NCBI GenBank assembly: GCA_017475005.1
Contig: JAFVGI010000039.1
Span: forward strand, 3,509 to 67,508
Source: Prevotella sp.
GTDB taxonomy: Bacteria; Bacteroidota; Bacteroidia; Bacteroidales; Bacteroidaceae
Direction: 5' to 3'
DNA: 64,000 nt
Shown here: piece after piece, positions 1 through 9,557 of the stretch
Layout of the letters: the number at the start of each line of letters is the position of its first letter
Position numbering within the stretch: position 1 is the first letter of the stretch
The notes under the pieces: generated by a model
The model's database searches: none
What the model was told of the DNA's origin: nothing
Seen by the model: the letters and a program-made list of their open reading frames with translations, nothing else
Made by a program: the position numbers and the translations under genes

Positions 1-1749
1 AACATTTTCTGCATAGCAATATACGTCTGTAAGTTCAGAACAACCTAAGAAGGCCATATTGCCAATTGATTTTACGCTGACAGGTAATACTACAGAAGTT
101 AGAGTTGAGCAATATTTGAAAGCATTTTCTTCTATCGATGTAACGCTATAGGTTACGCCTTTGTATTTTATCGTATCAGGAATGACCACTTTGCCCGTGT
201 AGTTACCTCCAGAAATAACTATAGCTTGTTTCGCTTTGTTTATCATTTTGTAATAAATACTGTCTACAAAACAAATTTCTCCTACACTTATACTTTTAAT
301 TGTACCGAAATCGCTCCACGGGGCAATGCCTTTGTATGAACTAGTTGACGCAGATGGAATATGCAATGTAATATTCGACATATTTGTATTTTTAAAAACA
401 TTACTACCTGTCGTTGGAACATTTTCCACATGACAATATATATCGGTCAGACTGGTGCATTCAGAGAATGCACTTTCTCCTATTGAAGTCACAGCATTAC
501 CGATTGTTACTGAAATTAGACCAGAGCAGCCATTGAATGCATAGTTTCCAATTTTCGTCACGTTATCTGGGATTACTAAGTTTTTTATTTCCTTGCCATT
601 CATGAAAATGTGTTTAGCATAAAACAAAGGATTGGAATCACCACTATTGAAACTAATTTTGCACCATGCTGCTATATCCGTTATATTGGCAGAAGTTAGG
701 TTAGAACAACCGGCGAAAGCCCAGCTTCCTATTGATGTCACGTTTTTGGGGATTGTTATAGATTTTAGGCTCGAGCAGTTAGCGAAAGCACTTTTCCCAA
801 TAGAAGTCACGTTATTACCTATAGTCACCGATGTAAGGCCGGAGCAGTCATAAAATGCACTTTCACCTATTGATGTTACATCCTTCCCAAGAATGAACTC
901 TTTAAGTTGAGAGCCAAAAACGTACTTGAATGAATTACCTACACTATATGATTTAGATGCTATCGTATTACTGTTTAATACAACTTTTGTCAAGGAGGTA
1001 CAGTTTCGGAAAACATAATAACCTATTGTTCTCACGCTGTAGGGAATTTCCACAGATGTTAGGCTCGAGCAATTTTGGAAAGCATAGTTGTCTAGTGTTT
1101 TCACGCTTTGGGGGATGGTAAATGATTTTAATGTTTTGCAGTCCGAGAATGCATTTGTCCCTATAGAAACAACCTTATCGCCTATAGTCACAGATGTCAA
1201 ACTGGAGCAAGATTGGAAAGCACTACTGCCTATAGATGTCACGTTTTGGGGGATTGTTATAGATTTTAGGCTCGAGCAGCCATTGAAAACGTAACCTTTT
1301 ATTGTTGTTATGCTATTAGGAATTGTTATTGATGTCAAACTGGAGCAAGACTGGAAAGCACTACCGCCAATCGATGTCACATTATTGGGGATGGTAATAG
1401 ATTTTAAGCTAGAACAGCTATAGAAAGCTAGTTCACCTATTGATGTCACACTGTTAGGGATAGTTACAGATGTCAGTTTGGAACAATCATAAAAAGCACA
1501 GTTGCCTATCGATGTTATGCCATAAGCAATACTAACGGTTTTGATATAAGATCTTTGAGAATACCATGGTACAGAACTGGAGGAACTATAATCGTTCATT
1601 GCTCCTGTTCCTGTAATGGAGAAAACTCCTGTTGATGTATTTAATGAGTAACTGGCATTATCTCCACATGAGCCTTCATAAACTTCTGCATTGATGGTTA
1701 AAGTACTAAAAATGCTAATAAGTAATAGTAATGAAAATTTCTTATTCAT
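1..1749 (-). CDS. BspA/TpLRR-type leucine-rich repeat surface protein (3' end runs off the window; absent from ORF track)
   Basis: Manual translation from ATG at 1749: signal peptide MNKKFSLLLLISIFSTLTINA, then many 23-aa repeats such as CSSLTSVTIPNSVTSIGxxAF. Confidence 0.9.
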   Translation of the reverse strand, partial: MNKKFSLLLLISIFSTLTINAEVYEGSCGDNASYSLNTSTGVFSITGTGAMNDYSSSSSVPWYSQRSYIKTVSIAYGITSIGNCAFYDCSKLTSVTIPNSVTSIGELAFYSCSSLKSITIPNNVTSIGGSAFQSCSSLTSITIPNSITTIKGYVFNGCSSLKSITIPQNVTSIGSSAFQSCSSLTSVTIGDKVVSIGTNAFSDCKTLKSFTIPQSVKTLDNYAFQNCSSLTSVEIPYSVRTIGYYVFRNCTSLTKVVLNSNTIASKSYSVGNSFKYVFGSQLKEFILGKDVTSIGESAFYDCSGLTSVTIGNNVTSIGKSAFANCSSLKSITIPKNVTSIGSWAFAGCSNLTSANITDIAAWCKISFNSGDSNPLFYAKHIFMNGKEIKNLVIPDNVTKIGNYAFNGCSGLISVTIGNAVTSIGESAFSECTSLTDIYCHVENVPTTGSNVFKNTNMSNITLHIPSASTSSYKGIAPWSDFGTIKSISVGEICFVDSIYYKMINKAKQAIVISGGNYTGKVVIPDTIKYKGVTYSVTSIEENAFKYCSTLTSVVLPVSVKSIGNMAFLGCSELTDVYCYAENV

Positions 1750-1773
1750 ATTTTGAGTTTTAGTTTCTGTTTG

Positions 1774-1781
1774 CAAATGTA
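1774..1781 (-). promoter_or_regulatory. Bacteroidetes -7 promoter element (TACATTTG) for the LRR gene
   Basis: Matches TAnnTTTG about 25 nt upstream of the ATG. Confidence 0.6.
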
Positions 1782-1898
1782 CAAAAAAATCCATTTTTAA
1801 AAGAGAACTTACTCACAAAAATAGAGGAAAATTTTCTGTGTAGGCACACATCGGTAGAGGTGAGATTGTATTAGGTTATTGGTTAAGGGTTATTGTAT

Positions 1899-1944
1899 AA
1901 AAAATCCGGAAGGATGTTGTCATCTTTCCGGAATTGTTTTTTTA
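1899..1944 (-). terminator. Intrinsic terminator downstream of the DUF2271 gene
   Basis: TCCGGAAGGATG...CATCTTTCCGGA hairpin flanked by A/T runs. Confidence 0.7.
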
Positions 1945-1955
1945 TTGTGTTTTTT

Positions 1956-2549
1956 TTACTTCAGTACTGCTTGTACTGCAGTAATCATGTCTTTATGGTT
2001 TTCGGCTGGTTCTGTGAGTTTTGAGGTGAGGGGGATATTACCGGCTTTGTCTTTTATTGAGAAGTTTCCGGTATAAAGTATGGTGCTTGCCTGATAAAGC
2101 GTCGCTTCTACTTTTACGCAGTATTTGCCATCTTTTACTTTCTTACCTTGCTGGTCGGTGAAGTCCCAAGAGAAGGTCTGCTTACCTCCTGCCTGTGGTG
2201 TCGCTCCTGTTACGGCATCAAGTTCTTGGTCGGTCTTCTCACTGGCTTTTGAGGCTTTTACCCATGTAGGTACACAGTTAGGGCGCTTGACATAGCCGCG
2301 CATAGGTTGTTCGTTGCCGCGTACGCGTCCTTTGGTAGTGTATGATGTAACGAAAAGTGTTTTTACAACGTCTCCCTTCTCATTTTCTATCCATACAGCA
2401 TACTGGTTGGAGCCAGGACCTGGCTGCTTCTGATAGTCGAACGATACTTCGAGGGTCTTAGCATTACCCTTTGACTGTGCCTGAACCATTGCTGGTACCA
2501 TCAACAACAGGGCTGTAAGTACGGCAATGAAATAATTCTTCTGTTTCAT
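1956..2549 (-). CDS. DUF2271-like secreted/periplasmic protein
   Basis: Signal peptide; motifs NQYAVWIEN, VKTLFVT, DAVTGATP, WDFTD. Confidence 0.75.
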   Translation of the reverse strand: MKQKNYFIAVLTALLLMVPAMVQAQSKGNAKTLEVSFDYQKQPGPGSNQYAVWIENEKGDVVKTLFVTSYTTKGRVRGNEQPMRGYVKRPNCVPTWVKASKASEKTDQELDAVTGATPQAGGKQTFSWDFTDQQGKKVKDGKYCVKVEATLYQASTILYTGNFSIKDKAGNIPLTSKLTEPAENHKDMITAVQAVLK

Positions 2550-2656
2550 TTTGTTTAATATTAAATTTAGGATCTACGGCAGCAAAAGTAAAAAAAAATT
2601 CCAACATCTGCAAAAAAACGATTATATTTTTTGAAAATTTTGTACCTTCGCACCCG

Positions 2657-3259
2657 ATGATGAAGGTATTGTTTTTACATGGATTTTTTGCGAGTGGGCA
2701 GTGTGTGCCTGCTAATGCGCTGCGGAGTGCTTTAGCGGGGAAGGCGGAGGTGCTGACACCTGACCTGCCGTTACATCCAAAGGAGGCGCTTGCGATGATA
2801 AAGCAGCTTGTCTCCGACGAAAAACCTGACATCCTGGTGGGGAACAGCTGCGGCTCGTTCTATGCGCAGATGGTGGCAGCGGAGCTGGGGATGCCGGCAT
2901 TGTTGGGGAATCCGCACTTCCGGATGACGGAATTTCTGAAGGAGCGCATCGGGGAGCATCAGTATAAGGCACCACGAAAGAATGGGAAACAGAATTTCAT
3001 CATCGACGAGGCGTTGATAAGGGAGTTTGAGGAACTGGAGGCAATACAGTTTGATGCATGGAGACCAGAGATTCGCGACCTCATCTGGGGGATTTTTGGG
3101 GAGAAGGATACGCTGGCCCACTTTGAGCCGCTGTTCCTGAAATTCTACAGCCATTCGTTGCACTTCCCAGGAGGGCATACACCGACAGCAGAAGAGGTTG
3201 AAAAATGGTATGTGCCGGCGGTTGTAACGGTTAAAGATTATTTTAAACAAAAACCATAA
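2657..3259 (+). CDS. YqiA/YcfP-family alpha/beta hydrolase (esterase)
   Basis: LFLHGF, GNSCG nucleophile elbow, GGH near the C-terminus. Confidence 0.85.
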   Translation: MMKVLFLHGFFASGQCVPANALRSALAGKAEVLTPDLPLHPKEALAMIKQLVSDEKPDILVGNSCGSFYAQMVAAELGMPALLGNPHFRMTEFLKERIGEHQYKAPRKNGKQNFIIDEALIREFEELEAIQFDAWRPEIRDLIWGIFGEKDTLAHFEPLFLKFYSHSLHFPGGHTPTAEEVEKWYVPAVVTVKDYFKQKP

Positions 3260-3670
3260 AAACCCCACTCCAATAGTATAACGTCTTTTCAGACTATCGC
3301 AGCACTTCAAGTTCTAAGTATTTTATAAGCGAGCTTATACATCCTTATCCCTTGAACTTCTGCACCTGATTAACTTCAGGTTTATACTATTGTCGCGGCA
3401 AAAACACCGGACCTTTGGTCCTAAAAAAACATTTTTTTTCTCTTGTAGAACAGGAAAAAGTTTTGGTTTTGGTACGAAGTTATGTTTTTTAGATTGTGAA
3501 ACAATCGAGGTTTTGGCTCACGAAGTATGTGATGGCTCTGTAAGAGACAAAGATGAAAGGAAGATATTTTTATCTAAAAGCTTGTTTTTAAGGAAAAATA
3601 GATGACTTGCATCGTAAAGGGCAATAAGGCCCGACACATACAAAGTGAGGGTTCTTTTAGGTTTTTGTTT
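3245..3670. repeat. MITE-like segment bounded by inverted AAACAAAAACC...AACCCCACT motifs
   Basis: Left AAACAAAAACCATAAAAACCCCACT at 3245; reverse complement of the right end (3644-3670) is AAACAAAAACCTAAAAGAACCCTCACT. Confidence 0.55.
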
Positions 3671-3769
3671 CAAAAAAATAATCCGTGTGAATCAGGACAA
3701 TCTGTGGTCAAAAAAAGTGAGAGGTGAAAGGTCAAAAATACGGGCAAAAGTGAAAAAAAATGTATTTTG

Positions 3770-3801
3770 TTTGGTGTTTTGACAACAAATTCATAATTTT
3801 G
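3770..3801 (+). promoter_or_regulatory. Bacteroidetes primary-sigma promoter of apt
   Basis: TTTG (3770) - 20 nt - TAATTTTG (3794). Confidence 0.75.
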
Positions 3802-3879
3802 CAGTTGCTAACCTATGGTAAGCAGACGTTAATAATAATATAGTATTATATATAAAACCAACAATAAAAACTAAAACGT

Positions 3880-4407
3880 ATGAACAATCCGATCTTACTT
3901 GAAAACTTACGTTGGATTAAAGACTTCCCAAAGAAGGGTATCAATTTCAGGGATGTAACGACTCTCTATAAGAGTGCCGAGTGTATGAAGATTATGCTCG
4001 ACGAGATGGAGAAGATCTATAAGGATAAGGGCATCACCAAGATTGTGGGAGTAGAGAGCAGAGGCTTTGTGATGGCAGCAGCTCTGGCTGCACGACTGGG
4101 ATGCGGAGTGGTACTGGCGCGCAAACCAGGTAAGTTGCCGGCAACAGTCATCAGGGAGTCGTTCTCAAAGGAATATGGTGTAGATACGATAGAGGTACAC
4201 ATCGATGCCATTACGCCAGACGACGTAGTGCTGATACACGACGACCTGCTGGCAACAGGCGGTACTGCGATGGCGGCATATAAGTTAGTGCAGTACTTCC
4301 ATCCCAAGAAGACATACGTAAACTTCATCGTAGAGATAACAGACGAAGGACTCCACGGCAGAGATCAGTTCAAAGACATCGACATGACAACGCTGTTGGT
4401 GATTTAA
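3880..4407 (+). CDS. apt: Adenine phosphoribosyltransferase
   Basis: DFPKKGINFRDVT, GVESRGF, RKPGKLP, PRPP motif VLIHDDLLATGGT. Confidence 0.95.
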   Translation: MNNPILLENLRWIKDFPKKGINFRDVTTLYKSAECMKIMLDEMEKIYKDKGITKIVGVESRGFVMAAALAARLGCGVVLARKPGKLPATVIRESFSKEYGVDTIEVHIDAITPDDVVLIHDDLLATGGTAMAAYKLVQYFHPKKTYVNFIVEITDEGLHGRDQFKDIDMTTLLVI

Positions 4408-4408
4408 T

Positions 4409-4545
4409 GGGTAACGGTTAACGGTTAAAGGTTAAAGGGTAACGGGTAAAGGTTAAAGGTTAAAGGTTAAAGGTTAAAGGTTAAAGGTTAACGGGTAAAG
4501 GTTAACGGGTAAAGGTTAACGGTTAAAGGTTAAAGAGTGAAGAGT
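4409..4545 (+). repeat. Heptamer tandem array (GGTTAAA/GGTTAAC variants, about 18 units, ending in AGTGAAG units)
   Basis: Directly visible immediately after the apt stop codon. Confidence 0.95.
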
Positions 4546-4577
4546 CAGGCCTGCAGTCGATGTGACTACAGGCCTGA
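4545..4577. terminator. Hairpin between convergent apt and cvfB
   Basis: TCAGGCCTGCAGTC...GACTACAGGCCTGA. Confidence 0.7.
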
Positions 4578-4592
4578 TATGTTTTGCGATAT

Positions 4593-5231
4593 TTACTCTG
4601 CGAGTGCTATGCCGGTGTCAGTGATGGTGATGAGGCGGCGTTTGTAGAGGTCGCCGATGGCTTGTTTGTAGATGCGTTTGGAGACGCCAAACTGGGCTTC
4701 GATATCTTCGGGGCTGCTCTTGTCGCTGAGGTGGCAACGACCGCCTTGCGTCTGGAGATAGCGCAGGAGGGTATCAGAGAAGTTGGTTACCATGCGGCGG
4801 GCATCTTCCGGCTTGCGCCATTTCTCGACCTTTGAGGATGCCATGATGCGATAGGACTGTTCATCGATAAGACAATAGATGAGGTATTTCTTTCCTACCT
4901 CCATGCGTTGCTTCTGCTCGCGGAAGGGGCAGAAGAGCTGTTTCATAAGCCCCCAGTCGAGGAAGGCACCATACTTATTGACATCGACACATTCGAGGGT
5001 GGCGAATTCGCCCACCTGTACCTTTGGGGTTTGGGTAGTGGCAATGAGACGCTCTTCGTTGTCGAGATAGAGGAAAACGTCTATCTCGTCACCTACTTCG
5101 AGGAAGGTGGGTACATAGCGCTTAGGGAGGAGGATTTTTTCTTCATATCCTTCAGCCTTAAGGTACATTCCGAAATCTACTTTCCATACCGCCTTCAGGC
5201 GATTGGTGCGTCCCAATTTTAGTTTTTCCAC
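4593..5231 (-). CDS. cvfB: CvfB/YitL-family S1 RNA-binding protein (short form)
   Basis: ILLPKRY, FLYLDNEERLIATT, GAFLDWGL, C-terminal winged helix DKSSPEDI...FGVSKR..KQAIGDLYK. Confidence 0.8.
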   Translation of the reverse strand: MEKLKLGRTNRLKAVWKVDFGMYLKAEGYEEKILLPKRYVPTFLEVGDEIDVFLYLDNEERLIATTQTPKVQVGEFATLECVDVNKYGAFLDWGLMKQLFCPFREQKQRMEVGKKYLIYCLIDEQSYRIMASSKVEKWRKPEDARRMVTNFSDTLLRYLQTQGGRCHLSDKSSPEDIEAQFGVSKRIYKQAIGDLYKRRLITITDTGIALAE

Positions 5232-5282
5232 TTTTTTATTATTTTAGAACACGAATCGCACGGATTCACACAAATATTTTTT

Positions 5283-5466
5283 AAAAACAAAAAACCAAGA
5301 AAACCCCACTCCAGTATTAAAGTGCTTTACAGCACTAACTATATAATCTATCTATTTTTCCTTGTGTGCAAGCACCCAAATTAAAATAACTATCTTATAT
5401 CTTAATCCTCTTACAGAGTCTTTTTAATACTGTCATGGAAAAACCCTCGGCTCTGCCGAGAAAAAC
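5283..5466 (+). repeat. ~185-bp dispersed element, copy 1
   Basis: Reverse complement of 6281-6462; ends in CTCGGCTCTGCCGAG hairpin. Confidence 0.9.
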
Positions 5467-5471
5467 CATCT

Positions 5472-5549
5472 TTTCAACTCTCAACTATACACTTACCACT
5501 GCCTATAAACTATAACCGTTAAACGTTAACCGTTAACCGTTAACCGTTA
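5472..5549 (-). repeat. Heptamer array (ACGGTTA)n starting at the lolD stop codon
   Basis: ...TAACCGTTAAACGTTAACCGTTAACCGTTAACCGTTA on + strand. Confidence 0.9.
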
Positions 5550-6206
5550 CAAAGCCTGTTCTATCAATCCGTCGCGGAGGTGTATGGTGCGGTCGGTGAT
5601 TTTTGAGAGGCCTTCATCGTGGGTTACGATGACGAAGGTCTGGCCATACTGGTTGCGGAGGTCGAAGAAGAGCTGATGCAACTCTGCCTTGTTGGTAGTG
5701 TCGAGGGAACCAGACGGTTCGTCAGCGAATACTACAGCAGGGTTATTGATGAGGGCTCTGGCTACTGCGATGCGTTGCTTCTCACCCCCTGACAACTCTG
5801 TTGGCTTGTGGCCTGCCCTGTCGCTCATGCCGAGGAACTTCAGCAGTTCAGCACATCGTGCTGCTGCTTCGCTGCGCTTGGTGCCTGCTATGAGTGACGG
5901 AAGAAGGATATTCTCCTCTGCCGTAAACTCCGGTAGCAGCTGATGGAACTGGAAGACAAATCCGATATTACGATTACGAAAGTCTGCCAATTTGTTTTTC
6001 GAGAGGGAAGTGGTATTGACGCCATTGATGACGACGCTGCCGCTGTCGGCCTTGTCGAGGGTACCCATAATCTGCAGCAGGGTTGTCTTGCCTGCTCCAG
6101 AGGGACCTACGATGCTGACGACTTCTCCTTTGGAGATATGGAGGTCGATACCCTTCAGTACTTGTATAGAGCCAAAGCTCTTTGTAATGCCTTCTACACT
6201 AATCAT
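5547..6206 (-). CDS. lolD: Lipoprotein-releasing ABC transporter ATP-binding subunit
   Basis: Walker A GPSGAGKT, LolD motif [24 protein letters not shown]. Confidence 0.85.
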   Translation of the reverse strand: MISVEGITKSFGSIQVLKGIDLHISKGEVVSIVGPSGAGKTTLLQIMGTLDKADSGSVVINGVNTTSLSKNKLADFRNRNIGFVFQFHQLLPEFTAEENILLPSLIAGTKRSEAAARCAELLKFLGMSDRAGHKPTELSGGEKQRIAVARALINNPAVVFADEPSGSLDTTNKAELHQLFFDLRNQYGQTFVIVTHDEGLSKITDRTIHLRDGLIEQAL

Positions 6207-6280
6207 TTGACTTTATTTTAATCTCACACAGATTGCACAGATATTCACAGATTTTTTTATAAGGTTATTAATGTGCAACT

Positions 6281-6462
6281 GTTTTTTCTCGGCACAGCCG
6301 AGGGTTTTTCCGCGACAGTATTAAAAGACTCTGTAAGAGTATTGAGATATAAGATAAGTATTTTTATCTGAGTGCTCGCACACAAGGAAAAATAGATAGA
6401 TTATATCGGTAGTGTTGAAAGCACTTTAATACTGGAGTGGGGTTTTTGTGGTTTTTGTTTTT
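6281..6462 (-). repeat. ~185-bp dispersed element, copy 2 (inverted relative to copy 1)
   Basis: Exact shared blocks such as AAAACCCCACTCCAGTATTAAAGTGCTTT and ATATAATCTATCTATTTTTCCTTGTGTGC. Confidence 0.9.
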
Positions 6463-6463
6463 A

Positions 6464-8521
6464 TTATTTAAAGAATCCGTTGTCTTTTTGTTTCTCTGCT
6501 GTTACGTGGGTTGCGGAGGCAGCCTGTACGCTTGCTGGAAGCCATACATCCATGCCGCCCTTCTGACCACGATGGTCCCAAGCATAGTATGGGATGAGGG
6601 TGAGTTTGCTGTCTGTTGTCTTCAGCTTGCCATCAACACCAATAGAGAGCACCTGTGCCTCTGTCGTGATGCTCTTCACCTCATGGTCAGGTGTAATCTT
6701 GACATTCTGTCCCATTGCCAGCTGTGGGCGGGCATTGAGAAGATATGTAGATACATCAGCACTATTGTCTGGCCATTCAGCACAATAAACGAGTGGTCCA
6801 CGCTCTACTGCAAGACGATTGCGATCTGCCTCAACCTTATCATTTGCCTTTACTAAGCGTGGCTCCATATCGAAGTGAATCTCTATAACATCACCCTTCT
6901 TCCACTTGCGGTCGATAACGGCGTAACCGTCTTTGAGTGAAGAGTGAAGAGTGAAAAGTGAAGAATCCTGTCCATTGATCTTGATGGTGTAGTTGAGTTT
7001 CTTGCCATCGACATAAGAATAGAGGTCGCTTGGCACTACTTCACCACGTGCCCATCCTGGGATGCGTATCTTCATGGTGAATTCTCCTCCACCCTTTACG
7101 AGGGTCATCTTCACATCGCCATCAGTAGGATAGAGGGTCTCCTGCTTGAGGGTGACATTCTTTCCACCTACCTTCATGGTAACAGTGTTACCCATGAACA
7201 TGTTTACGAAGAGAGTATTATCCTTTGTGGCATATACATAGCCAGGGATTGACGGTATGAAGCGGCAGATGTTACTTGGACAGCACGCACAGCCAAACCA
7301 AGGCTTACGGGCATACTGCTGTTCTGCTGTGCAGGAGAGAGGATTTGGATAGAAGAAGCCATCGCCCTGAATAGAAACGCCTGAGAGAACGCCATTGTAG
7401 AGAGAGCGTTCGAGGACATCATAGTATTTTGCTTCGCCATGAAGCAGGAACAGACGATAGTTGGTATATACATTCGCAATCTGTGCACATGTCTCGCAAT
7501 AAGCAGAAGCATTAGGGAGTTCATAGTTTGCGCCGAATGCCTCACCATCATGGCGAGCCCCTACTCCACCTGTGATATAGTATTTCTTTCCAACGATATT
7601 CTGCCATATGCGGTCGATGGCACTGATATAGGCAGTATCACCTGTCAAAGCAGCCACATCTGCCATACCACTATACATATATCCGGCACGAACAGCATGT
7701 CCTACAGCCTCATCCTGCTCGATGACAGGTTTGTGAGCCTGTGAATATGCATCACGACGCTGTGTCTTGCCACGCATATCAAGGAAGTATTTTGCCTCGT
7801 CGAGGTATTTCTTGTCTTTGGTGAGGACATACAGCTTACAGAGTCCCATCTCAGCTATCTGGTGACCTGGCACTACATGAGCCTGTCCCTCATTAGGTCC
7901 GACTTCACGACAAACGCAGTCAGCATATTTGATAGCGATATCGAGAAGGCTGCGCTTTCCTGTTGCCTGATAGTGTGCACAGGCAGCTTCCAAAAGGTGT
8001 CCGAGGTTATAGAGTTCGTGAGATACTATCTCCACTTTCTCCCAACGCTTATCTCCTGCCCATGAGTGGGGTTTATGAGGCGCCTTGGTACGAGCAGTAT
8101 AGAGGTAGCCGTCGGGCTCCTGACCACTTGCTATGACAGTGATGACGCTGTCAACATACTTATCGAGAGGGCGACCATGATAGAGGGCCTTTGGATAGGT
8201 CTGCAGCAAGTAGCTGGCACCCTCGATGGTCTTATAAGGATCCGTATCATCGAAAGTGAAGGTCCAAGCGGTATCAGGATATTCCTGTGCCGGATTTGCC
8301 ATACACTTTGCGGCATTAGTAAAATTGGTGTAACGACCTGTCTCTTCACACTTATCGAAAGCCAGAGGAACAGTGACATCACGAGAAGCCTTCAGACGAG
8401 GTGACCAGAAGGCATCGCTAACCTTTACAGACGTAAAGGGAACTGGGTTGATAGGATACTGTGCTACTGATGGCACAGAAGACATACAAATAAGACTTAG
8501 AGTAAAGAGGAACTTTTTCAT
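6464..8521 (-). CDS. Glycoside hydrolase family 127 (beta-L-arabinofuranosidase-like)
   Basis: Signal peptide; HELYNLGH, GHAVRA, YCETCA, WFGCACCPSN. Confidence 0.92.
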   Translation of the reverse strand: MKKFLFTLSLICMSSVPSVAQYPINPVPFTSVKVSDAFWSPRLKASRDVTVPLAFDKCEETGRYTNFTNAAKCMANPAQEYPDTAWTFTFDDTDPYKTIEGASYLLQTYPKALYHGRPLDKYVDSVITVIASGQEPDGYLYTARTKAPHKPHSWAGDKRWEKVEIVSHELYNLGHLLEAACAHYQATGKRSLLDIAIKYADCVCREVGPNEGQAHVVPGHQIAEMGLCKLYVLTKDKKYLDEAKYFLDMRGKTQRRDAYSQAHKPVIEQDEAVGHAVRAGYMYSGMADVAALTGDTAYISAIDRIWQNIVGKKYYITGGVGARHDGEAFGANYELPNASAYCETCAQIANVYTNYRLFLLHGEAKYYDVLERSLYNGVLSGVSIQGDGFFYPNPLSCTAEQQYARKPWFGCACCPSNICRFIPSIPGYVYATKDNTLFVNMFMGNTVTMKVGGKNVTLKQETLYPTDGDVKMTLVKGGGEFTMKIRIPGWARGEVVPSDLYSYVDGKKLNYTIKINGQDSSLFTLHSSLKDGYAVIDRKWKKGDVIEIHFDMEPRLVKANDKVEADRNRLAVERGPLVYCAEWPDNSADVSTYLLNARPQLAMGQNVKITPDHEVKSITTEAQVLSIGVDGKLKTTDSKLTLIPYYAWDHRGQKGGMDVWLPASVQAASATHVTAEKQKDNGFFK

Positions 8522-8528
8522 TTCAGTA

Positions 8529-8685
8529 TATTGAACATTGAAAATTGAACATTGTTATTTTGGTGAAGGTTTATGGATGAAGGATGAAGGTTTGTTTGTG
8601 GGGTAGTTGGTATTAAACTTTCCCCCTTCTTCCTTTCACCCCTCATCTCTTACCACCCCTTCCCTTTGGGAAGGACGGGATGGGG
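8529..8685. repeat. Intergenic repeat cluster: ATTGAAC heptamers, inverted GATGAAG/CCTTCAT heptamers, GC-rich REP-like palindrome
   Basis: Visible units; palindrome CCACCCCTTCCCTTTGGGAAGGACGGGATGGGG at 8653-8685. Confidence 0.7.
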
Positions 8686-9555
8686 TCAGACCACCGTCAG
8701 GGTGTATATATACACTACTGCTGCCGGTATTGCCATAAGGGAAGAGTCGAAGCGATCGAGCATTCCGCCATGACCAGGCAGGATATTTCCACTATCCTTG
8801 ATGCCAAGGGTACGCTTAAACAATGACTCTACCAAATCTCCAAGGGTTCCGAAGACAACGACTGTCAGTCCGAGCCCCATCCACTCCATAGTAGTGAGTC
8901 CTGTTGGCATAGCGCCCAAAGATGACAGGAGGGCGTTTTCATCAATATATGATATCAGGAAGGCCACCAGAAGCACTATTACGGCACCACCGACAGAACC
9001 CTCCCATGACTTGGCAGGACTGACACGAGGAAAGAGTTTATGACGACCCAAGAGTGAACCAGTACAGTAGGCACCAGTATCATTCATCCAAAGGAAGATA
9101 AAGATGCTGACAGGCAGCAGCATGTTATACATCACCAAGCCAGAGTCGGCATATCCCCTGAAGGCGAGGATTGCAAGACACGAGAATGGCAGGGCGATAT
9201 ACATCTGCGACATCATAGCATAAGCCCAATCGTGAATTGGGTCAGGATTGCGTGTGAATAATCCGCTACAGAACAGATATATCACTGTCAGCAGATAAGG
9301 GATGAACACCGATGATGGTGTCATGCCACTGCAAAAGCCAACCATAGCGATGAAGAGGAAAACTCCCGCCGCTGTGCATATAAAACGGTTGACACTGACA
9401 TCTTCACGTTGATTTACTAAACCTGTGAACTCCCATACCGTGAGTCCTGTGACGAGGGCAAAGAGGAATGTCATCGACGTAGGACGAAGGAAGCAGGTTA
9501 AGATAACGAGTACGAAGAGTACTCCTGTTATGGTTCTAGTTATGAAATTAGACAT
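8686..9555 (-). CDS. cdsA: Phosphatidate cytidylyltransferase
   Basis: SPAKSWEG, GDLVESLFKR..GIKDSG..LPGHGG.LDRFDS. Confidence 0.95.
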   Translation of the reverse strand: MSNFITRTITGVLFVLVILTCFLRPTSMTFLFALVTGLTVWEFTGLVNQREDVSVNRFICTAAGVFLFIAMVGFCSGMTPSSVFIPYLLTVIYLFCSGLFTRNPDPIHDWAYAMMSQMYIALPFSCLAILAFRGYADSGLVMYNMLLPVSIFIFLWMNDTGAYCTGSLLGRHKLFPRVSPAKSWEGSVGGAVIVLLVAFLISYIDENALLSSLGAMPTGLTTMEWMGLGLTVVVFGTLGDLVESLFKRTLGIKDSGNILPGHGGMLDRFDSSLMAIPAAVVYIYTLTVV

Positions 9556-9557
9556 GG

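Noticed and set aside
632-1294. Plus-strand ORFs 632-853 and 1088-1294
   Set aside because: Antisense shadows of the LRR gene
4409-4545. Tandem arrays as a CRISPR array
   Set aside because: Units are 7 bp and contiguous with no unique spacers; no cas genes in the window. The same applies to the 11-, 21- and 24-bp arrays.
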